Assembly: GCA_000091205.1 (NCBI GenBank) | Contig: AP006485.2 | DNA: 64,000 bases | Direction: 5' to 3' (one strand) | Origin: Cyanidioschyzon merolae | Taxonomy: Eukaryota | Shown here: positions 55,639-64,000 of the stretch, one piece after another | Numbering within the stretch: position 1 is the first letter of the stretch | Layout of the letters: each line of letters starts with the position of its first letter | Notes under the pieces: generated by a model | The model's database searches: none | What the model saw: only the letters and a program-made list of their open reading frames with translations | What the model was told of the DNA's origin: nothing | Program-made: the position numbers and the translations under genes

Positions 55639-56230
55639 GAGCAGTCGCCGAAAGTGCACTATTCGTGTTCGCTTTCACTGAAAGCATGCTATCAATCCAG
55701 CGTAGTGCCTTTGTGAACGAGCCGAAGCCGAGAGACGCGTCGATCGGTTTCTCGCCTCCAGAATCCCTCGCTAGGTACTTGAATTGCAGTAGAATATGCC
55801 CATAGAAGCATACTCTTGTATTTACGAATCCCGAACGATGTGCTGGCCTGCGCAGATCTGAAACGAGTGCTCATGCCTCACCCAGAAGAGGTCGTACCTG
55901 CGGAGCGGCAGTGACGGCCAACGAGATTCCTTCACCCACAAGTCGCTTTCGTAGGCGAGCATGACGCTCTCCGTACACGCGGAGCACCGTATCTCTGGAG
56001 AACCTAGGGCGACCAATGAAATTCTTTTACGCGCCGCTTTCTTCGGAGATTATGAACCTTGGAATCCCACGGCTCCCGTGGACTGGACGCTGTTCGCGCC
56101 ATATCCGCATCCGCTCAACTCTTGGACCCATACGGATCAGAAGACGTGGACGCTGGGACGTGACCTGCGCATCCGCTCCGCCCCTTTCCACGGTTTATTG
56201 ACGCTTGTAGCGTATGCATTGAGCGCTCGC

Positions 56231-57055
56231 TCAGATGCTGGGATGCAGGATGTTATCCGCGGCATCTTCCAATAACGCGTGAATGTTCTGTCTCTGAAAT
56301 TCAACGACATAGTTCTGATGATCAAAGGTTTCCCCTGTGATCCGCAGCGTCCATGTGGTCGCTGCGCCCTCCTTGGAGACTGCGTTGGCCTCTTCAACGA
56401 GCATGCGCAGCTCATCTTCCTCGAATAGATGATAGAACCGGAAGTATGTTTGAGATGGACTGTCCGATTTTTTCTGTGGTAAAGCGTCGGCGCCTGTTGA
56501 CCGCTTGTGATGCCACGGTAGCAGGTACCCGTCCATGGTTGATTGTGCACGTGATCGTAGCTTCAGCGGTATCGCTCTCAAAGCCCAGACGTACACCAGG
56601 GCATGCCCAGTAGGGCGAAGTACTCGCCCCAGCTCCACCACAGCACCAACGCGGCGTCGTGCCGTTGCCACATGGTGGATCACCGCAATGCTCAGGGCAA
56701 CATCGAACACCCCAGAGCGGAACGGCAAAAATAGGCAATCCGCTTGTACGCATTCAACGGGTAGCAGCGCCGTCTCTTGAGCCTCCAAAGCATCAGACTG
56801 CCAACGAGCGCGGAGCAGGAGTCTACGGCAACGATCCGCAGCGATGTAGTAACCGTGTTGGCGCAGAACAGGCAGCGCATACTTGCCATTGCCGGCACCA
56901 CTGTCCAGGACGAGCGCCTCATGTGCGAGTTGTTCCAGAAACGCTTGAACTCTTGGCCATGTGCGATATCGAGTGGCACTGAAATGGTCTCCGATAGCCT
57001 CGTAAACGGCATGCACGTATCGGTTTTCGTGCTCAAACGCGTCCATGCGGAACAA
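56231..57055 (-). CDS. tRNA (uracil-5-)-carboxymethyl methyltransferase Trm9 / ALKBH8-MT-like SAM-dependent methyltransferase
   Basis: RYVHAVYEAIGDHFSATRYRTWPRVQAFLEQLAHEALVLDSGAGNGKYA closely parallels the Trm9/ALKBH8 block YVH.VY..IA.HFS.TR...WP.V..FL..L..GSL..D.GCGNGKYL. Confidence 0.8.
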   Translation of the reverse strand: MFRMDAFEHENRYVHAVYEAIGDHFSATRYRTWPRVQAFLEQLAHEALVLDSGAGNGKYALPVLRQHGYYIAADRCRRLLLRARWQSDALEAQETALLPVECVQADCLFLPFRSGVFDVALSIAVIHHVATARRRVGAVVELGRVLRPTGHALVYVWALRAIPLKLRSRAQSTMDGYLLPWHHKRSTGADALPQKKSDSPSQTYFRFYHLFEEDELRMLVEEANAVSKEGAATTWTLRITGETFDHQNYVVEFQRQNIHALLEDAADNILHPSI

Positions 57056-58656
57056 TACGATACCAGTCCGCGCTGCCAGCGTAGGAAGCGGGTACCTTCA
57101 AGCGAGCCAAAGTGCCCGCAGTGTGGGTCTAGTGCGCCAAACCTGGGGTTTTGCCACCACTCAACCGGGTTCAGAGCAAGCGGTTCGCTTGATGCGTGTA
57201 CCCTGCGAAACAGCCGTCAGTCTCTCGTTTGTGGCTCAGTGTGGGGACGCAGCTTCGGCTTTGCAAACGTGTACCAGAATCCGGATAGCGCTGAAAAACT
57301 GAGCGAGTGGGTAGCACTTCGCTTCTTCTGAACAGCAGCTCGTCAGCGCCCAGGAGAGGGGGCGCACCGCCCGCCGTGGACCGCACCAACGTCCCAGCGG
57401 GCGTACGGCGAGAGCGTTGTTCTCTCGCCGTTCCTAACTCGACGCAAGCTCGCTTCGGGGCTAGTGTGGAACCTGAACTCCAGCCCCTCCCCCGCTCCAG
57501 GACAAACTCGCGCCCCGCACGCAAACGACGTTCAAAGACGTTGCCTCGTTCCCCACAGCGGCTCGGAGCTAGAACCCGAAGCACATCGATGAGTTTCGGC
57601 AAATTGCTACGCAGATACTCTTTAGTCTTCAGGGACTGACTTGGACTCGCGAGACACGTAACAGCTTTGCTATCGACATAAATGTTCTACTTGACAAGTG
57701 TCAAGCGCAACAATCGAATATGATTCTTCTGTGGTAGATGGTGCATTGATCGGCACTGAGGATAACCATCTTCATGCTTGTACTAGCTGGACGCTTTACA
57801 ACCTCTGGGTACATGCTACTGCTGCTCGTGGATGCTCATCGCGAAGCAGCTTCAGTGATGCGGTGCCTTGATTGCTTCGCACCAAGACCCCGTCACGAAC
57901 ACACTCCGGTACCACCGTCGAGGTCACCCAGCGAAACTCGCACGTTTGTACGCTCACAGATAACCAAAGTGCATGATGGATACGAAGCCTGTGACTGTCG
58001 CTGTTACGGCGAAGAGACAGTTCAAGCGCTCGCTGTGCGCTTGTGCAGAATACGCGTGAACCATGTTTCTAGCGAACCCGCAACTTGCGTGTCTTGTGTA
58101 GTTTCGTGATAGCTGTACGCACTGCGCACCATGGTACGTCCGGAGAACAAGTCTCCAGCACCGAAGCAGTACACTAGTCCATCGCCGAGCGCTCTCCGTT
58201 CGGGTGCGGATCACATCAACCGCAACGCTTCATAAAATCGTCTATGTACCTGGTGCAAGTAGGTGCAGTTGAAGAATCAATAGAAGCCAACACGACGATA
58301 TTCATAGGTTACTCTGTCACTGCACGCGACTTGAGGCCGGTGAGAGCGCACCAAGGCAACGGTTCCGCTGGGGCCGCTTTCGTTCCAGCAGGCAAGCATC
58401 TGATCAGCGGTTCGTCGACTTGTTCGCTACGTCATCTTGCCTTACGCTGCGCGCCTTCTTGGGTATAGAGACGCCTGCTGCACCCCCGTGCCAGGGCCAT
58501 ATGGAACGCTCGTAATTGCGTTACGCGGGCGTACACCATCAAGTTTCGGTTTCTGGCTACGCTCATCAACACCAGCATTTGCGGGTTCTTTTTCTCATTC
58601 TGCTTCCCTCTCCTTCCTCTAGTCGCCGGCTTGGAATACGCCGACGTCTTCGGTTC

Positions 58657-58779
58657 CTGTAAAATCGTCGCCAGCAGTCGACAGATGTTGATGGCAGTGT
58701 TCGTGTCTCGATGTCGCAGCCTTCTGCTGCTGTTCACGCATTTCATGCACAGGCTGGAGTTGCGATAGAGGCATTGCAT
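58657..58779 (-). pseudogene. TnpB/Fanzor-like C-terminal relic, copy 5 (degenerate zinc finger plus RuvC-III)
   Basis: QCLYRNSSLCMKCVNSSRRLRHRDTNTAINICRLL. The RD-x-N-x-AINI-x-RLL matches copy 3 (NRDFNAAINIQRLL). It lies in the 2.9-kb ORF-poor interval between Trm9 and the GOLD-like gene. Confidence 0.45.
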
Positions 58780-59973
58780 GGCATTTTCATTTTAGTTGTG
58801 CTCAGACTTGGAGCGCTCTTGGCATCAGTGGCACTTGACGTGGCTAAAGTGTTTCCCCATGCCCAGCCAAAATTCTTCATCCGTGGACTTCGCTCGGGCC
58901 TGCTTGATCGCTGCATACATACCCGTTCAGGGGTACAGTGGGGCCCCGCCTCAATACCCCGTTCCGTTTTCGAGTCCGCTGCAGTACCGCACCGTTTCGT
59001 AAGATCACTGGCTTCCTCTGACAAATACCCGCGTTGAATACGCTGTACGCTGCAAACGCAAACGCACGCTGTTCCATTCGATAGCGCATTTGTGGAATGC
59101 GGTGTTCTTCACGCGGAAGCAATGCCCCGAAGCAGAATCTAGGCTGGAGATCAGGTCTTGGAATTTCGATTCGTCAACGCTCCCGTCGTGCAAAGGAGTG
59201 ATGCACGCTCGATTGGAAGCGATTGCTGGGATGAATCTAGTCCGATTCCGTTACTCCTTTCGATGTGAACAGAAGATACGGGGGCCCCTGTGAGCGTGCT
59301 CCATGAGCGCTGTTATGCTGGTAGCGCATGCCGTTTCGTCAACGGCCACAACCACAGGAGGATTTTTCATTCGAACGGATTCGATTATTTGGAGTGAGGA
59401 TTTCAGTCAGCTTTTGGGGCTCGGCCTGTGAACATTTCGTCAACGGACCAAGTCGTGTATTTTTCCTCGACAAGACAACAGCTCGAATGGCTGTTCGCAT
59501 GAGTTGCCTCGAAGTAGAACGATCGAAAACTTGGAGGTTGCTTGATTTGAGCATACTGCACGAAAGAAAACGAGAACACAAAACACTTGTACACAGGCAT
59601 TGGATAATGTCATCGGTTATTTTAGAAACCCTTGTTCGCCGGCGTCGCGATTCATCTTGATTCCGGTGGCGTACCGAATGCCATCGGCACACCGTGGAAG
59701 GCACCAATCAGGAAAAACGACCGAGAATCCTAGAACTACACATGAATCCGTGATCCCTACTTGCTGCGCTTCGAATGTTGAGTCTGCTTATCTAACAAGT
59801 TCAGAAAAATAATCCAAAGGCGGTAACGGAGCGAGCACTTCAGGGTCCCATTTTCATCTGACACAGGCGTAGAGCGTCCCCGGCAATCAACATTCCCATC
59901 AGAGCGCTTACGCGAAGCCCTCTCGTCGTTTCACATTCAGCTGTATCAGACAAAAGCGCTCGTGCGACGACCG

Positions 59974-60828
59974 CTAGACTCGTGGCCAGCCACCGGGTGA
60001 AATCCGTCGCTCGAGTAATGGCTTGGTTGGTTTCTGGTGTTGCCCCAGAAGCTTTGATACGCCAGGAAAGCTCCAACCTGTCGGCGCAGCAGCACTCGGA
60101 TCCAGCATCCTCTTGACACGACTCACTTTCCACCAGCTGATCGCCATAAAAGCGAGCGTTTTCAACAGAGCTGTCCACGCGAGCGCCGTGGATGATCCAT
60201 AAAGTGCCTCGAGCATGAGCCCAAGGCGATGGTTGAAGTAGTAGGCTGCGCCACCTACTTGCGCAACCCTATCTTGAAGATGATCGACCGCCGCTTCCAG
60301 GTCCTGTATGTGGCCGACTTTGATGGGCTCCTTCTTGTCAGCGTGCACGCCCGATACGACCTCGTCAACGACACCACCCTGCCACTCGAAGAGGATCTTC
60401 CGTGGTGGCCCATACGCACCAGCAAAGCAGATTCGATATAGGGGAAACCCGTCTTCCGTCACCTCAAAAGAGAAAGACTCTCCGGCGTGTGCGGGTAACG
60501 CGAGCACCGGCACGGAGCGCGACTCGTCGTCGATAGCGTCACGCGGCAGCTTCGAGACAATCATTTCTACCGCTGCACCTTTTGGTGGCTCTACCACCAA
60601 GTAGTGACCGCTTATGAGATCCCCTTTTGCTCCAGTCGTAAAGAAGCAGTTCGGATTACGGTTGTGGTCACGGGCGTCTCTAAGACCTACCCGCGGAACC
60701 GGCACGTAGTCGAACGTTAGCGCTTCTGCAGGAACGGCTGCGAGTTGTATCCCGAGTACCATAGCAACGATAACGAACACGAGGCAGACACAGGTAAGGG
60801 TCCAAACATATCGAGTACAGCGAGACAT
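59974..60828 (-). CDS. Signal-anchored GOLD/p24-like membrane protein (tentative); ORF open to 61032, likely start ATG 60828
   Basis: N-terminal hydrophobic segment MSRCTRYVWTLTCVCLVFVIVAMVLGIQLAAV, a luminal beta-rich region, a coiled-coil-like HADKKEPIKVGHIQDLEAAVDHLQDRV, and a C-terminal TM plus short tail (LAWTALLKTLAFMAISWWKVSRVKRML). The order resembles p24 but the sequence is divergent. Confidence 0.35.
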   Translation of the reverse strand: MSRCTRYVWTLTCVCLVFVIVAMVLGIQLAAVPAEALTFDYVPVPRVGLRDARDHNRNPNCFFTTGAKGDLISGHYLVVEPPKGAAVEMIVSKLPRDAIDDESRSVPVLALPAHAGESFSFEVTEDGFPLYRICFAGAYGPPRKILFEWQGGVVDEVVSGVHADKKEPIKVGHIQDLEAAVDHLQDRVAQVGGAAYYFNHRLGLMLEALYGSSTALAWTALLKTLAFMAISWWKVSRVKRMLDPSAAAPTGWSFPGVSKLLGQHQKPTKPLLERRISPGGWPRV

Positions 60829-61691
60829 TATGAATATACACTGCACAAGTTTCCGAGGAACAACACTAGGGCCCCGAACGACGTTGAGGAGGCGGCTCGC
60901 GTTGAAGCCAAAAATGGTTTTTGTACCGTGCCCCGCAAGTGCAGGGCACGTCCATCGCCAGTCCTCGCGGCTGGCGGCGAGCGCGTCGCAGTTGTCTGCA
61001 ACAGTCGCGCTGCGATCGGGCAAGCGCTGCATCGCGTCAGCACATCGGGAGAGACGTGTGCGGACGCCTTTGGAAAAGAAAAATTGTAATTAATGGTATA
61101 ACACTGCATGTTTATGTACTTTTTGGATAGGAACTAGATATACGGGGAGCGAGAGAGGTACCAAATTGGATATTTATAGACTTTTTGGACACAAACTCGA
61201 CAGTCGTAATGACGAGATCATTCCAGACGGCGTATTGAGTTTCTTTGATCTAAAGCGGATGCATGCAGGCCTGGTGCCCCCGCCCCTAACCCCGCCCCCC
61301 GGTTATCCCCAGGGCGCTCCACTGTCTTTATTCCGGGTTCGTTCGATGGTGTATGCAGGGCCCTGGTACGGCGTTCTTTGGGACTTGAGCGAAACGAGCT
61401 GTTGTGAACATATGCGCACCGAATAAGCGTGACCGTGCCGGACATCAGAGCGAGCATTCGCGTGGAGGCGCATGAATGCGGACTCCGTTCCGCGACCGGC
61501 ACTCGCTGAGGAACGAAAGCTATAGCGCTAGATGCGATCGCGAGCGCGTCCACACGCGGTACCCCAGAGTGGTCAAAAAACCTCGCGCAGCTCGCAGAAA
61601 GCGCCACCAGCCAGGGAATGCACCTCGCTGGCGCACCCGCGCCCAGGAAACATTCCGACACGTGTGCTAGGGTATGCGCTACAAACGCTAT

Positions 61692-62633
61692 TCAGCGGCT
61701 GCCGCGACGACGCTGTCGGTTACGGCGCTCGTTTCGTGACCCGGTCCGAGCTAGCTTCTCAGGTTGGCGCCCTGTTGTGAAGAGCTGTAGATCCCCGGTT
61801 ACCGCGTCGATGCGACCCGTTGCGGCTGGCCCGATCGCGATACAGGTGCATGTACGTGGTGGTACTTCAGTGTGACCTGCGTCCACCACTTGAAAGAGCG
61901 GGAGACCCAAAGCGCGCGCCTCACGCGCGAGCGCCTCTAGCATCCGAGCGCCGCTGCCGCTCTCGGCAACAGATGGTGCAGCAGTTGATGCGCGGTCCGA
62001 AGCAGGGCGCTTGAACGTCGACAACACAACAATTTTCTCACCTTCACGCTTCCAACGATTGCATACGAGAGCTTGCTCAGTATCGCCCGTCGATTCGACG
62101 CAGTGCCGGCGATAGGCACCAACAGCGGCGTGTGCAGCCTGCGCAGCCAACTTGCCTGCACTCATGGGTATGTCGTTTCGACATACGATCACAAGCTTTG
62201 GGGCATCTAAATCTTCGGGACGCAAGACGACACCGGCGCTGTGGGCAACCACATGATGATTACGCGGATTTTCATTGGAGGCACTGATCTGCAGGCTCGG
62301 GTCTGCTGTATGCAACAGAGGCCTAGCAGAACAGACCGCGGAAAATTGCAGGTGCATAGGTGCTGCGGACCGCAGCTCCGCGGGCGGTTCCTGTGGAGTC
62401 CACACGAGCTCCGATACACCTTCATCTTGCAAACGAGATCGCAAAACACTGCCAACTGCAGCGTCGAGCGCATAGACGTACCCGTGGAGTCCGCTCTTAC
62501 CGAGGCTGCTCGCAAGCGCCACTCGCTGCGGTAGCAGCTGCTGATGCTGATGCTGCCGCCGGCCCGACTGCTGAGTCATGTGTTTCGGTCCCAGCGGGCA
62601 AAGAGCGCAACCGTTCCCCGAAAAAAGAACCAA
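61692..62633 (-). CDS. Peptidyl-tRNA hydrolase PTH2 family protein with N- and C-terminal extensions
   Basis: LVIVCRNDIPMSAGKLAAQAAHAAVGAY ... LFQVVDAGHTEVPPRTCTCIAIGPAATGRIDAVTGDLQLF matches the PTH2 core (K-x-V-x-V-R-x-D-L-x-M-x-x-GK-x-AAQ-x-H-A ... DAG-x-T ... T-x-L-x-IGP). Confidence 0.8.
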   Translation of the reverse strand: MVLFSGNGCALCPLGPKHMTQQSGRRQHQHQQLLPQRVALASSLGKSGLHGYVYALDAAVGSVLRSRLQDEGVSELVWTPQEPPAELRSAAPMHLQFSAVCSARPLLHTADPSLQISASNENPRNHHVVAHSAGVVLRPEDLDAPKLVIVCRNDIPMSAGKLAAQAAHAAVGAYRRHCVESTGDTEQALVCNRWKREGEKIVVLSTFKRPASDRASTAAPSVAESGSGARMLEALAREARALGLPLFQVVDAGHTEVPPRTCTCIAIGPAATGRIDAVTGDLQLFTTGRQPEKLARTGSRNERRNRQRRRGSR

Positions 62634-64000
62634 GCTGCTTACAGCGGCACGCCTCGCGGTTTCCTATGCCTCTCGCGGTACTCTCGAGGCAGCGGCTGCA
62701 GCGCAACGAACCCGCACCCTGCAACCTACGTGTACGCTGGTGAGTACGGCACACCGGTGCTTCACCAGAACCTATCGCTTTTGGCGTGCTAGCATGCAGT
62801 CCGACAGCCGACGAGCGTTCTACGCCGAGCGGTGTTTCCCGGAACACTAGTATTAGCACGCTCTTTTCTGTTTCTGTTTGTTGGTGTTCGCAGGTACACC
62901 GCGAACAGATTGTACGCCACGAACCGGCAAAAAGTTCCGTAAAAATTTAACGATATCATTGGAAGTTGGCCGTTGCCGCATTACTTGTACAAGGCAGTTA
63001 TTCTGCGGTCAGTAGATAGGTGGAATACCCAACTTGTCGTGACCCGTGGAGAATTTCGTCCACCAAAGCCAGAACATATCGAGTTCTATTGTCACGAATG
63101 TCGCCTCGTCCATTGATTCCACTCCATACGTTCTTGAAGAACTATCAGCAAAGAGGCCACAGGATGTGAAGCCTCCGTACCAACAGTACGAACTGAATTG
63201 AAGAGACAAGGCTGGGCACAGGAAACCAGATGCTTCAGTGTGAGTCCGTCACGCTCGGAACCGTACACCGTCGAGTGCGTACTTCATTGTGAACCCTAAC
63301 GACAGAAGCGACAGCTGATGATCTCATCGCAAGAACATGCATCCAGTGGAAACGGTAGAACAGTGTATGGGTTGTCGAAGAGGGCCAAACCGCCGTTTTG
63401 CAACAGAGGGACGAGGAAGTGTTCCGAAAACATCAGCGTTTGGAGCGAGTTTTTCGTGTGCTCTCCCATGATTCGCCAGAAGAGGTGAATCGTTCAGCAC
63501 CACAGCCTTTGTCGACAAAGTACGCATCGTGGCTCTATCGTCACCGATTTCTCGGACCTGCTGATTGGCAACATCGCTTTCCATCGCCTAAAACCGATCA
63601 AAGCGTGCCCGACTGAGACTGGTGCTAAGCTGCTCACCGGTCTAGCCTGTTCTGCTTATGTCAACCCAGTCAAATGCGTCTCCTCTATTGTCGAGCGCAT
63701 TTTTCACCCGCACCTAACAGTGAACGAGTCGTTTGCATGCGTGAAACCGGAAGCTACAGGACGACATTAAAAGTCGCGTTGCTTCTTCTTCGAATAAGGC
63801 TCGCTCAGCTTCTTTCGCCTTGACGCATCTTGCCCAGCAATTATTCGTTTAAATTACGGGCGCACGGTTGCAAGCTGGGTACATCCCTCTAAAATTTTCG
63901 ACCAAATCCACGTGAGGCAACTGATGATCTGGAGAGGAAATCCAACACTGCCTGATTGAAGGATCCTGGATTTGCGCAAACGACAACCCGAGTTTCCTGA

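Overview
This window looks like nuclear DNA from a GC-rich (roughly 55%), gene-dense, essentially intron-free microbial eukaryote; I cannot assign the taxon from sequence alone. About 22 protein genes are supportable, on alternating strands and mostly housekeeping. They are a USP25/28-like deubiquitinase, N-myristoyltransferase, two p24/GOLD proteins, a CDF metal transporter, an FNR-like oxidoreductase, an ACC-deaminase/D-cysteine-desulfhydrase-family enzyme, biotin-protein ligase, a large Noc1/Mak21-like nucleolar protein, glutaminyl-tRNA synthetase, BolA, NDUFA12-like, CNNM, mL53, NDUFA9-like, Trm9 and PTH2. I found no rRNA, tRNA or CRISPR. The most interesting content is in AT-rich intergenic islands. 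Five relics of one TnpB/Fanzor-like family (RuvC plus zinc-ribbon, RNA-guided-nuclease fold) all keep the C-terminal zinc-finger and NRDFNAAINI (RuvC-III) segment with their 3' flank. One of them is a near full-length, roughly 2.5-kb element (10.9-13.5 kb) whose gene is broken by at least four frameshifts. Another sits beside a Tc1/mariner-like transposase N-terminal fragment. Other structure: a direct repeat pair of at least 2,445 bp at about 98-99% identity (1-2445 and 27779-30223) bracketing a 25-kb gene block; an 82-bp x7 minisatellite upstream of GlnRS; a 140-bp tandem duplication copying the 3' end and stop codon of the ACC-deaminase-like gene; a 78-bp x4 in-frame tandem repeat inside the Fanzor-like gene; and several tri/tetranucleotide microsatellites. 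The ORF track accepts non-ATG starts, so CDS 5' ends are approximate.
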